A DNA stretch of 64,000 nucleotides. Origin: Bacteroidales bacterium (GTDB taxonomy: Bacteria; Bacteroidota; Bacteroidia; Bacteroidales; WCHB1-69). The stretch lies in NCBI GenBank assembly GCA_024686335.1, contig JAILCI010000024.1, positions 50,024 through 114,023 of the forward strand. The letters are read 5' to 3'. The notes beneath the pieces were generated by a model that saw only the letters and a program-made list of their open reading frames with translations, was not told the origin of the DNA and did no database searches. Both the position numbers and the translations under genes were made by a program. Below are positions 43,665 to 53,139 of this stretch, piece after piece. Each line of letters starts with the position of its first letter. The first letter of the stretch is position 1.

Positions 43665-45221
43665 ATGAGAAAGAGTAAGTTAGGATTAAATTTTGATCAA
43701 GTGGACGAAGCCAAACAACTGGCTAAAAAGATTGCAGATCAGGTTCAGCAGTTTGTGGATTCGTACACCACCGTCACGGTAGAGCGTACCTTATGCCGTT
43801 TGATTGGCATTGATGGCATCGACGAGAACGAGGTGCCACTGCCTAACAGAGTTGTGGATTCTCTGTTGGACAAGGGCGTACTCAACCAGGGCGTTCTTTA
43901 TTACATCGGCAATGCTATCGTCGAGACTGGTGACACGCCTCAAGTGATTGCCGAAAAGATTTCCAAAGGTACTTTAGACATTACTACATTGCCAATCCAT
44001 CCAGTGGAGAAGATTCAGATGGCAGTACAGCCTTTCATCGAAAGTTGTCTGACTCGTATCAAAGGCAATGTGGCCCGTCGTAACGAGTACCTCAGCAAGT
44101 TGGGCGAAGGTCCCAAGCCGTACCTCTACATCATCGTAGCTACCGGTAACATCTATGAGGATGTGGTCCAAGCACAGGCTGGTGCACGTCAGGGCGCTGA
44201 CATTATCGCCGTGATCAGAACCACCGGACAGAGCCTTCTCGACTACGTGCCTTATGGCGCTACCACTGAAGGTTTCGGCGGTACCTTTGCTACCCAGGAG
44301 AACTTCCGTATCATGCGTAAGGCTCTTGACGAAGTAGGCGAGGAAGTAGGCCGTTACATTCGCCTCTGTAACTACTGCTCCGGTCTCTGTATGCCAGAGA
44401 TCGCCGCTATGGGTGCATTGGAGCGCCTCGATGTCATGTTGAACGATGCTCTCTATGGTATCCTCTTCCGTGATATCAACCCGCAGAGAACCCTCATCGA
44501 CCAGTATTTCTCCCGTATCATCAACGGCTATGCCGGCGTCATCATCAACACAGGTGAGGATAACTACTTGACCACAGCTGACGCTGTAGAGGCTGCCCAC
44601 ACTGTGCTTGCCTCCGACCTCATCAACGAACAGCTCGCCTTGATTGCCGCTCTTCCTGAGGAGCAGATGGGTCTCGGTCACGCTTTTGAGATGGATCCTA
44701 TGCTTGAGAACGGCTTCCTGTTGGAGCTGGCACAGGCACAGATGACCCGCGAGATCTTCCCGAAGGCTACCTTGAAGTATATGCCTCCTACAAAATTCAT
44801 GACTGGTAATATCTTCCGTGGTCATATCCAGGATGCTCTCTTCAACATGATTGGTATCTGGACACACCAAGGTATCCAATTGCTTGGTATGCCTACTGAG
44901 GCTATCCATACCCCGTTTATGAGCGACCGTTATCTCTCTATTGAGAATGCCCGTTATATCTTCAACGATATGCGTAGCATCGGTGAGGAGATGGAGTTCC
45001 GCGAGGGTGGTATCTGCCGCGAACGCGCTAAGACCGTCCTGAACAATACTATCGACCTGTTGAAGCAGATTGAGAAGGAAGGTATGTTCACCGCTTTGGA
45101 GAAGGGTATCTTTGGCGACGTGAAACGTCCGATGAACGGCGGTAAAGGCCTCGCAGGTGTCGTTACCAAAGGCGACTACTACTTCAACCCGTTTATTAAG
45201 ATGATGAAAGAACGCTGGTAA
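43665..45221 (+). CDS. kamD: Lysine 5,6-aminomutase alpha subunit
   Basis: 518 aa. By my recollection it is near-colinear with clostridial KamD: TVTVERTLCRLIGIDGIDENEVPLPN, IVATGNIYEDVVQAQAGARQGADIIAVIRTTGQSLLDYVPYGATTEGFGGT, RLCNYCSGLCMPEIAAMGA and YMPPTKFMTGNIFRGHIQDALFN. Confidence 0.9.
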   Translation: MRKSKLGLNFDQVDEAKQLAKKIADQVQQFVDSYTTVTVERTLCRLIGIDGIDENEVPLPNRVVDSLLDKGVLNQGVLYYIGNAIVETGDTPQVIAEKISKGTLDITTLPIHPVEKIQMAVQPFIESCLTRIKGNVARRNEYLSKLGEGPKPYLYIIVATGNIYEDVVQAQAGARQGADIIAVIRTTGQSLLDYVPYGATTEGFGGTFATQENFRIMRKALDEVGEEVGRYIRLCNYCSGLCMPEIAAMGALERLDVMLNDALYGILFRDINPQRTLIDQYFSRIINGYAGVIINTGEDNYLTTADAVEAAHTVLASDLINEQLALIAALPEEQMGLGHAFEMDPMLENGFLLELAQAQMTREIFPKATLKYMPPTKFMTGNIFRGHIQDALFNMIGIWTHQGIQLLGMPTEAIHTPFMSDRYLSIENARYIFNDMRSIGEEMEFREGGICRERAKTVLNNTIDLLKQIEKEGMFTALEKGIFGDVKRPMNGGKGLAGVVTKGDYYFNPFIKMMKERW

Positions 45222-45315
45222 AAAAACACTTTCCTTGAGCAGCCCCGTAGGGGCAAGAGCTCTGTAGCCCCGTACAAGCGAAGCGCAGTGCGGGGGCAAA
45301 ATAAAAAGCAAGAAT

Positions 45316-45873
45316 ATGGATACAACATACGATATAGACAATCTCCCGGTCGGGACCCGCGTGAACCACGAAAAGTATGGTGAAGGCATTATTAGTCAGA
45401 ACAATGCTTTGACATACAAGATCATCTTCGTGCGTGGCGGCGAGATCGAGTTTGCCAAGACCTCCGTGCAATTGGAGGTGGTGACGCCTTGCGAACCTAC
45501 CGGCGAGCAGAAACCGGTGCTCAGTGTTCGTGATGTGGAGCGCATGATGACCTTTGTGCTCAACAAGTACAACGCTATTGAGCATAAGGTTGACCTCGGC
45601 AAGAAATGGCAGGGTGGGGTGATGCTGCTCCAACCCGCCAACAAGGAACTGCAGGCTAAGGAGATTCCGATAGAGACATTCTTCCACAAGATTGTGATGA
45701 TGCGTGACCGTCTGCGCGTGCTCGAACAGAACATCAACAGCAATGACCATCTCACCGATGAAGAAAAAGTCAATCTCCAGCAGTACATTTCCCGTATCTA
45801 CGGCAGCATGACCTCCTTCAACATCCTCTTCGAGAACAAGGAAGACTATTTCGTAGGATCCAAAAACAATTAA
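45316..45873 (+). CDS. Hypothetical protein inserted between kamD and kamE (N-terminal Tudor/SH3-like motif)
   Basis: 185 aa with balanced composition. LPVGTRVNHEKYGEGIISQNNALTYKIIFVRGGEIEF resembles the small beta-barrel at the C-terminus of UvrD/PcrA. The rest is helical. The overlapping minus-strand ORF 45196-45900 looks like antisense noise. Confidence 0.6.
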   Translation: MDTTYDIDNLPVGTRVNHEKYGEGIISQNNALTYKIIFVRGGEIEFAKTSVQLEVVTPCEPTGEQKPVLSVRDVERMMTFVLNKYNAIEHKVDLGKKWQGGVMLLQPANKELQAKEIPIETFFHKIVMMRDRLRVLEQNINSNDHLTDEEKVNLQQYISRIYGSMTSFNILFENKEDYFVGSKNN

Positions 45874-45946
45874 TATAAAATGAGAATCGGTTGTTCTCAT
45901 TCACAACAATTAAACAGTTAAACAATTAAACAAAAAACATAGAAAA

Positions 45947-46741
45947 ATGAGTGGTGGATTATATTCAATGGATCAAAAGGATTTTGATCAGACATTAGAC
46001 CTTACCAAAGTGAAACCTTATGGTGACACGATGAATGACGGTAAGACACAGATAAGTTTCACATTGCCGGTTCCCGCTGGCGACGAGGCCGTGGAGGCTG
46101 CCAAGCAGTTGCTGAAAAAGATGGGTTTTGAAAACCCGTTGGTGGTCTACAGCAAAGAGTTGGCTCCCGGTTTCACCTTCGTGAACTGCTATGGTTCATG
46201 CACACATACGGTAGACTATTCAACCATCCACGTGCCGAAGGTAGAGTCTACAGTATGGTCTATGGGCGAGACGGATGATTTCATCCGTGAGCATATCGGC
46301 CGTAAACTCGTCGTGGTGGGTGCCAGCACAGGTACTGACGCTCATACGGTCGGTATTGACGCTATCATGAACATGAAGGGCTATGCCGGACACTATGGTA
46401 TTGAGCGTTACGAGATGTTCGAGGCTCTGAATATGGGTAGCCAGGTGCCGAACGAGGAGTTTATCGCCAAGGCTGTCGAGATGCACGCCGACGCGCTGCT
46501 CGTCTCCCAGACAGTTACTCAGAAGGATGTTCATATCAAGAACATGACTGAATTGATCGAGATGCTCGAGGCTGAAGGTCTCCGCGACAAACTCATCGTG
46601 GTTTGCGGTGGTCCGCGTATTACCCACGAGTTGGCCAAGGAACTCGGCTTTGATGCCGGTTTCGGTACCAACACCTACGCCGACGATGTTGCCTCCTACA
46701 TTGCACAGGAGATGGATCGCCGTCTGAATGGAGGAAAATAA
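45947..46741 (+). CDS. kamE: Lysine 5,6-aminomutase beta subunit (B12-binding)
   Basis: 264 aa. Motifs: MSGGLYSMDQKDFDQTLDLTKVKPYGDTMNDGKTQISFTLP, VVVGASTGTDAHTVGIDAIMNMKGYAGHYG (DxHxxG) and LVSQTVTQKDVHI. Confidence 0.9.
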   Translation: MSGGLYSMDQKDFDQTLDLTKVKPYGDTMNDGKTQISFTLPVPAGDEAVEAAKQLLKKMGFENPLVVYSKELAPGFTFVNCYGSCTHTVDYSTIHVPKVESTVWSMGETDDFIREHIGRKLVVVGASTGTDAHTVGIDAIMNMKGYAGHYGIERYEMFEALNMGSQVPNEEFIAKAVEMHADALLVSQTVTQKDVHIKNMTELIEMLEAEGLRDKLIVVCGGPRITHELAKELGFDAGFGTNTYADDVASYIAQEMDRRLNGGK

Positions 46742-46773
46742 CATACCGCCTTTACGGTGAAGCATTTACATTT

Positions 46774-46806
46774 AAAAAGCAGGCTCCCATCGGAACCTGC
46801 TTTTTT
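46774..46806. terminator. Bidirectional terminator between kamE and the GH3 gene
   Basis: A5-GCAGGCTCC-catc-GGAACCTGC-T6, with 8 of 9 stem pairs. Confidence 0.7.
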
Positions 46807-46844
46807 ATTAGATGTCAAAACTGAAAACTGACAACCAGTAACTC

Positions 46845-48536
46845 CTATTCAACTACTAATTTTTTGAATTTCTCGTGACGTTTCTCGTCTTGGAGCAGCA
46901 GCTGGAGTTTGAACTGTCCGTCGCGAGCGCCTTCGGCAATACATTGAGCCTTGAAGGTCTCGAAGGATTCCGGAATCAAGCGGAAAGTCTCGGGCATCTT
47001 CAGACGCAAGGAGTCGCGCTTGGTCTTGTACTCCACGTTGATATTCATCAGGATCTCGTCTACCTTATCGGTGAACTTCTCAGCCTGCTCTTGTGACGTG
47101 CTTTGGTCAGCAAACTCATAGTAGAACTTGTAACCTACAGTACTGAGGTCGGCGAAGCCAATGAAGAAGCGGGTCTTGAGACCGGTAGCCTCTTCAGCCT
47201 TGTGGATAGCCTCGATGAACTGACGCTCGTGCAACTTCTCGCCCGTGATGGTAACAATACCGTTAACCTTCTGGATGAGATGTACGGTAGGTGTGTTCTG
47301 GAAGTTAGGGCCAACCTCCAACAGGTCGTTCATGTTATAGCGGTATAGACCGGCAAATGTAGTTACGAATGGACAATAACGCTTGCCTGCCTTTAACTCG
47401 TGAAGTTGCAAGTAGGTCGGATTCGGGTTGTCCAAATCTGCCTCGTCGATGAACTCGTAATAGTGGAAGTGCGGGAAGAGTACCGTGTTGTTGGTGTCGT
47501 CCATAACCAAGCCAAAGCGGCACTCAGAAGCGAAATAACCAAACTCCTGATGCAGCATCGTCTTAGGGAAGGAGTCTTTGAACTTGTCAAGATAAACTTT
47601 GGTGTTACCACATTTCCAGGTGTTCAGAATTTGTAAGTTTGGCCAATAATGTTTCGGAAGAACTTTGCCCCATTTCTCTTTCAGTGCGCGCAATTCGGCA
47701 GCACGTCTTGGGTTTGGTTTCAGGCAAGCCTCAAGTTCGGCACGAATCTCCGGGTCTATATTCAGATCTTTCTTCAGGGTGCCGTTCTCAATGTCGGTGA
47801 CGTATTCGTCATAAAACTTGTTAACATTGTTCTGCAGCTCAACGATGGTGGAAGGATTGGCGGTCACAATCAAGGTGATGTCCTGCTCAATGCCCATACG
47901 CATCAGCACATAGTAGCGGGCATTGTAGTCGGCAATGCTATATACACACTGCGGATTGGAGTAGAGTACCTTTACGAAGTTCGGACAGTCGCGCTGTGTT
48001 ACGCCAGAGACGGAACCAAAGACTGTGCCGTCGGGAGCATAACCTTCGACAACCTTGCCGACGATGGACAAGATCTTGCCGCTGAATACTTTACGTTTAT
48101 TCTTGATGAAGTTGTAGAGCCATACCTTCGTCATCTTGCCGTAGATATTGTTCAGATATTCCTGTGTGATGGGAATCCATTTAGGTTCGGAGGTCGTACC
48201 CGAGGTGGTGGCGTACAAGAGCGGTTTGCCAGGGAACAGGATGTCGGACTCTCCGTGTTTGTGACGCTCTACGTAAGGACGGAGGTTCTCATAATCGTTC
48301 ACCTTTACCTTCTCCTGATAACGCTTATATAGCTCCGTGTCGTTAGGAGCTTGCAGGATGTATTCAAATTCATGCTCTTTGCCATATACAGTGTCCTTTG
48401 CATATGTCAAGATGTCTCTCAGAGTTTTTTCACTAGCAGATCTTGGATCTTTCGTGGCTTTTTTCAGTTGTTTGTACTGAATTCCGCCTGCCATGCCCAA
48501 CAATGTGTTGGCTACTAACATTCTTTTCAATTCCAT
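46845..48536 (-). CDS. GH3-family (acyl-acid amido synthetase-like) protein
   Basis: 563 aa. YATTSGTTSEPKWIPIT (adenylate-forming motif), YYEFI and GLYRYNMNDLLEV are typical of bacterial GH3 proteins. A minus-strand TAtaTTTG box lies at 48573-48580. Confidence 0.85.
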   Translation of the reverse strand: MELKRMLVANTLLGMAGGIQYKQLKKATKDPRSASEKTLRDILTYAKDTVYGKEHEFEYILQAPNDTELYKRYQEKVKVNDYENLRPYVERHKHGESDILFPGKPLLYATTSGTTSEPKWIPITQEYLNNIYGKMTKVWLYNFIKNKRKVFSGKILSIVGKVVEGYAPDGTVFGSVSGVTQRDCPNFVKVLYSNPQCVYSIADYNARYYVLMRMGIEQDITLIVTANPSTIVELQNNVNKFYDEYVTDIENGTLKKDLNIDPEIRAELEACLKPNPRRAAELRALKEKWGKVLPKHYWPNLQILNTWKCGNTKVYLDKFKDSFPKTMLHQEFGYFASECRFGLVMDDTNNTVLFPHFHYYEFIDEADLDNPNPTYLQLHELKAGKRYCPFVTTFAGLYRYNMNDLLEVGPNFQNTPTVHLIQKVNGIVTITGEKLHERQFIEAIHKAEEATGLKTRFFIGFADLSTVGYKFYYEFADQSTSQEQAEKFTDKVDEILMNINVEYKTKRDSLRLKMPETFRLIPESFETFKAQCIAEGARDGQFKLQLLLQDEKRHEKFKKLVVE

Positions 48537-49280
48537 TTTCTTATCGATTTAGTGAGATTTTAAAACAAGGCGCAAATATACATTTTTATTCTTACATTTC
48601 TTAAAAAAACTTAATAGCCCAAGTACACACGCTATAAAGCCTTTATGGAGATTTGTTGATCTTGGCAATACATTATTTGTATGATTTTTCGTAAAAAGAG
48701 AGATGAAATGTCGTTTATTCGCCTTACAATAGCTTTAATAAGCTCTTTGGCTTTATCTCTTATACTTTTGGCAAAACTATTGCGGGCAAAAGATCCGTGG
48801 AATCATTCAAATTTATCTATAATACTTTTCTGAATATTTGTTTTGTTCAAGGTGCTGACTATCGTATCGTTATCACGATGGAGACGCAATTTGTTGAAAG
48901 AATTGGTATGATGATAGATGAAAGTGGACTCAAAATTTTTGTTAAAGGTTCAATAGATAAACTTGGCATTGATAACATAAACATAAATTACCGAAAATTA
49001 TAACAAATTATCATTAATATTTTTGAATAGTAATGGTGTCAATAGCGAGATTTTACGTAGAAGAAAACATAAATTACCGTATAAAGCCTCTAATGATCTT
49101 TAATAATTTTTGAATAATTAGCGCATAATTCGTGGGGGATGTTATAAAATAGAAATAATACTCTTGTGTGTATTAATATTCTATAGGATTAAGATCTTTG
49201 TCGACAAGATAGCACTCGTTTGTTTCTTTATTATAAGCATATCTTTCACTATGTAAACTTTCTTCCCCAAAATTTATGAG

Positions 49281-49330
49281 TGTAAATAACCACGTAAAAG
49301 TTTACCAGATAACCACGTAAAAGTTTACCA
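49281..49330 (+). repeat. Probable IS21-family left end: TGT terminus plus two 22-bp direct repeats
   Basis: TGTAA starts at 49281. ATAACCACGTAAAAGTTTACCA occurs at 49286-49307 and again at 49309-49330, about 50 bp upstream of the istA-like start codon. IS21-family ends are known to carry multiple direct transposase-binding repeats. Confidence 0.5.
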
Positions 49331-49377
49331 CTTGATCATCGTTATCATTAGCAAATAATGATAGGGAAAAGTAAAAA

Positions 49378-50118
49378 ATGATCAAGATGCTAGAGAAACA
49401 AAAAATCATCCAAATGTACATTGCAGGCGGAAAGAGCCTGCGGGAGATTTCCAGGGAACTGGGCGCGAGCCGCCAGGCGGTCACGAAAATCGTCAAGGAA
49501 TATGAAAGCGCCCTTCTGTCGGACAATCCGGATGAGGCGGTGGACGCTGTGCTGACCACACGTCCGCAGTACCACAGCGGTCCGAGGCGCTGCCCGGTGG
49601 TGACACAGGAAGTGCGCAGGATCGTCTCGGAGTGCCTGAAAGAGAACGAGCGCCGCCGATTCGGCGGTGAGAAACATTACGGCTACAAAAATCACGCAAA
49701 AGTGGACAAGGGGAGCAAGTTCATCAAGAAAGGAGTGACCATAAATGCCTCCGTTCATGACTCCAAGCCGGTGAAAGAGCTTGTGGATGAGAATGACAGG
49801 GGAGAGGATTTGCTCGCGGACAGTGCCTACATCGGCAAAGGGGTGAAGAGGGTGATGCGGAAGTTCGGGATGAAGGACAAAGTGATCAAGCGGAGCACCA
49901 GAGGCAAGAAGATCAGCAAATGGCAGGAGACCATCAACAGGAAGAACTCGAAGCTGCGCATGAGGGTGGAACATGTGTTCGGGTTCATGGAAGAGAGCTT
50001 TCACGGAATGTACAGCCGTGTGGTCGGCTTTGCGAGGAACGCGGCTTTCAACACCCTGACAAACCTGGTCTACAATCTGTGCCGCTACGAGCAAGTACTA
50101 CGACTTGGAATGAATTAA
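49378..50118 (+). mobile_element. Chimeric transposase remnant: IS21 IstA-like N-terminal HTH fused in frame to an IS5-family DDE C-terminal part
   Basis: Residues 1-95 (MIKMLEKQKIIQMYIAGGKSLREISRELGASRQAVTKIV...VRRIVSECLKENERRR) look like the IstA N-terminus. From about residue 98 (nt ~49670), HYGYKNHAKVD...VTINASVHDS...LLADSAYIGK...NSKLRMRVEHVFGFM...NLVYNLCRY is the D-D-E half of an IS5-type transposase lacking its own N-terminus. The block is markedly more GC-rich than its flanks. Confidence 0.7.
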
Positions 50119-50320
50119 CTAATAAAAAATCAAATAGTTGAAAAGACAGAAACAAAAAGAATATTAACAAACTGCAACCTTTTGAAAGTTTTGCATCTTA
50201 TGAATAAAAATATGTTTTAATTATGTAGCGTTGTTTGCTTATCTTGATGTTCAACGGACTTCGCATCAAGGTCGGCGGCAGCGCGAAGAAGTAAAAAATA
50301 GAAGTTCCCAATTGATAAAT

Positions 50321-50911
50321 ATGAAAAAAAATACCAGAAAATCATGTCGACTGACCAATAATTGGATTGGTGTGGTTAACATTGTTTTGTTTTGCATTTT
50401 ATGGCAACAAAACATATCAGGCCAGGAATTTGAAATTGTCACATCACCGAGATATACTCGTGCTCAAACACAATCATTCAAAGACAGTGTCGTGTTGAAG
50501 GGTGACGTGGAATCATGGGGAAACTTGTGCTTTACTGTTGATAAGGAATATACAAAATATCCCAATGGAGAAAAAAACAGATACGAGATGGAACTTCCGT
50601 ACGTTTTGATTCTTGCAAACAGATATGATAATCCCCAAGCGTGTTATAGTATCTATGATTTGATCACAGAAATGTATGACGCATATAAAATAGAGATGGA
50701 TTCTGCCACAATTAATTTTGTCTTGTATTATTTAAACAAGGGTGCAGATTTGGGAAGTGGAGAGTGTCTGAAAAGATTGTATGAATTTTACATTGAGGGA
50801 AAATATGTAATGAAAGATGTTGAAAAAGCAAATTTATACAGACGGCGATATGAAAAACTGTTCACTTGCCCAATGTATCCTAAATGGCATAAATATTATG
50901 GGGACTTCTAA
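50321..50911 (+). CDS. Hypothetical secreted/anchored protein with Sel1/TPR-like C-terminal repeat
   Basis: The ATG at 50321 gives MKKNTRKSCRLTNNWIGVVNIVLFCILWQQ. GADLGSGECLKRLYEFYIEGKYVMKDVEKANLYRRRY is Sel1-like. Confidence 0.5.
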   Translation: MKKNTRKSCRLTNNWIGVVNIVLFCILWQQNISGQEFEIVTSPRYTRAQTQSFKDSVVLKGDVESWGNLCFTVDKEYTKYPNGEKNRYEMELPYVLILANRYDNPQACYSIYDLITEMYDAYKIEMDSATINFVLYYLNKGADLGSGECLKRLYEFYIEGKYVMKDVEKANLYRRRYEKLFTCPMYPKWHKYYGDF

Positions 50912-51014
50912 TTATTTTCGTCTGATTAACTGCTTCTTATAAGCCAAAATCCACTAAAAATGACACCCAAAATCCCCGTTTCAGTCAATTCGCGACAGAT
51001 GAACTTTTAGTAAT

Positions 51015-51797
51015 ATGATAAAATCATTCAGTAACAAAATTAAGATTGTATGTTTTATTATTTGCATTTTTATGTGCAGTTATTCGTGTAAAAGTCAAGA
51101 AAAGCATGGCAACCTGCCGTCAAAACATCCGCCATGGAATCTCAAAGGCGACACCTGCATCTTGGCAACTCTCGACATCGATTATTATCTTATAGGATAC
51201 AGAAAAGAAAAGAATCCTGAAATCTTGAACAAAGTGGATTCTTTGATCGACAGATATTGCAGTGCTTGTGAGGAACAACAAAAAGATTTTGTTAAATACA
51301 AATTTCTGACTTGTATGTTCACACGACAATATGACGAAGGTGTTCGATTCATCGTTGAGCACCCAGTTAACGATGAATACGAATTTGGTTTAGACTTATT
51401 AAATCGAGAATTCTACACAACCACCTTGTTAAGTGCAAAACACTTGAATGACAACAACTTGTTGTCATTTGACAGTGTTAATCGCACCCTTTTGCAAAAG
51501 TATGAAGATAATATCAGGGTTCAATCAGCTTTGGGTGGTGTCAAAACGGTGCCTGTTAATGAAATGGCTCAAAAACACTTTTCGGAATTATGGTCCCCCA
51601 GTTTGGACAACTTGATTGTGACCTATTACCTGTTAAGAGCACGTATAGAGAACATTGATGTTGTTCTGTCCGAACTATATATTTGTGAAAATAAATTCCC
51701 TGACAAGTCATCAATGGGTTATTACAGGTTGCTTGGATTAATAGAAACCATTGAAGATATGAGTCAAAAATCATATCACTTCGAGTATGAACTTTAG
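51015..51797 (+). CDS. Hypothetical lipoprotein
   Basis: The lipobox is IKIVCFIICIFMCSYSC. 260 aa, helical, no family recognised. Confidence 0.5.
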   Translation: MIKSFSNKIKIVCFIICIFMCSYSCKSQEKHGNLPSKHPPWNLKGDTCILATLDIDYYLIGYRKEKNPEILNKVDSLIDRYCSACEEQQKDFVKYKFLTCMFTRQYDEGVRFIVEHPVNDEYEFGLDLLNREFYTTTLLSAKHLNDNNLLSFDSVNRTLLQKYEDNIRVQSALGGVKTVPVNEMAQKHFSELWSPSLDNLIVTYYLLRARIENIDVVLSELYICENKFPDKSSMGYYRLLGLIETIEDMSQKSYHFEYEL

Positions 51798-51840
51798 AAC
51801 CATTATTTTAGAACAATTCACCATTAAAAAACTTCAAAAA

Positions 51841-52236
51841 ATGAAAAAAGTATTTTTTATCCTGGCGATGGCATTCGCCGCAGTAACCGTAATGACCTCC
51901 TGCTCCGACAAGGAGGTGACCCGAGAGTCTTTCATCGGGAAATGGAATGCAGATTACAAGTGGGAACCTGTAAACGGTTCCGCCCCGACAAATCCGTTTG
52001 AGGGTGTCACCATCACATTTACCATAAATGCAGATGGCACCTACGACGAGAATTGGAGCGACGGCACTCATGAGCAAAGCACCTGGTCCTACGTCGAAAC
52101 GACTGGAGACTTGTTCTTCCACCACACACATTGGACCGTGGAGAAATGCACCAGCAAACAAATCAATCTTTATTGCGACAAGGATTCCCAGTACACTGGC
52201 TATGCTGAACGTATGACGTTGAGGAAAACCAAGTAA
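51841..52236 (+). CDS. Lipocalin-like small lipoprotein, cassette copy 1
   Basis: The ATG at 51841 gives MKKVFFILAMAFAAVTVMTSCSDKEV (lipobox). FIGKW and ADGTY motifs of lipocalin-like domains are present. 131 aa. Confidence 0.75.
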   Translation: MKKVFFILAMAFAAVTVMTSCSDKEVTRESFIGKWNADYKWEPVNGSAPTNPFEGVTITFTINADGTYDENWSDGTHEQSTWSYVETTGDLFFHHTHWTVEKCTSKQINLYCDKDSQYTGYAERMTLRKTK

Positions 52237-52597
52237 AATTGTTCTCTTCGGGCGACCGGGCACGCTATCCGTTCAAACTGCGCGGCAGGCCGCTCGTAAC
52301 CATTCCTATCGTTGTCGCGGTATTAAGGAAGACGAAAACGCAGTCAAAGCCGACGACTGCGTTTTCCCGTAACCGTCCCAAAATGTGACGGGCGTTTAGG
52401 CCATCTTTGCCAAAACTTAACGTCATGGCAAAGACCAGCACCCGCAGGGTAACCATCTATATCAACGGCAAGGAGGTGACGGTATCTTCCGAAACTCTTA
52501 CGCCTATGGGTACAATCCAACTTCTTAAACATGAAGAATTGTAACAATCTAAATTATTCGTTAAACCAAATTTATTCATCATCAAAAACTTAAAAAA

Positions 52598-52999
52598 ATG
52601 AAAAAAGTATTATTTATCCTGGCGATGGCATTCGCCGCAGTAACCGTAATGACCTCCTGTTCTGATAAGAAGGTGACAAAAGAAACTTTTATCGGGAAAT
52701 GGGAACTCAAGAGTTTCCAGCACCAAGCGGTAAACAGCACCGAGTGGGTGGAGGAGCTGTCGGAAAGCGACCCTGTGCAAACCTACATTTTCTCCGCCGA
52801 TGGCACCTATCAGGATATATGCGAAGGTGTTACGGAGACCCTCAATTGGAATTATGACGAATCCACAGGTCTTCTGACCTTCGACCATCAGGTTTGGACG
52901 GTAGAGTCATACAAGAACAAGGAACTCGTCTTATATTCCGACACTTGGGCGCCAACCTTCGGCCAGAAGCACCGCGCCACATTGAAAAGGGTCAAATAA
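52598..52999 (+). CDS. Lipocalin-like small lipoprotein, cassette copy 2
   Basis: The signal peptide MKKVLFILAMAFAAVTVMTSCSDKKV is nearly identical at the DNA level to copy 1. The mature part has diverged while keeping FIGKW, ADGTY and WTVE. Confidence 0.75.
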   Translation: MKKVLFILAMAFAAVTVMTSCSDKKVTKETFIGKWELKSFQHQAVNSTEWVEELSESDPVQTYIFSADGTYQDICEGVTETLNWNYDESTGLLTFDHQVWTVESYKNKELVLYSDTWAPTFGQKHRATLKRVK

Positions 53000-53139
53000 A
53001 CTCTTTCTTGTCAAGGGCGACCTGGCACGCTATCCGTTCAAACTGCGCACTGGCGTGCTTGTAATCGCCTATGATATAACATTTAAGGACAACGAAAAAT
53101 CATTACCATTATGAGAAAAGAGACAATAAGATTATTATT

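Noticed and set aside
48540-49280. AT-rich region with decayed ~50-bp repeats (about 48632-48690, 48975-49030 and 49066-49120) and a ~55-codon minus-strand frame (FARNSFAKSIRDKAKELIKAIVRRINDISSLF...) as a transposase C-terminal fragment.
   Set aside because: The similarity to any transposase family is too vague to call by eye, and the frames are short and interrupted. It is noted only as probable decayed mobile DNA at the left edge of island C.
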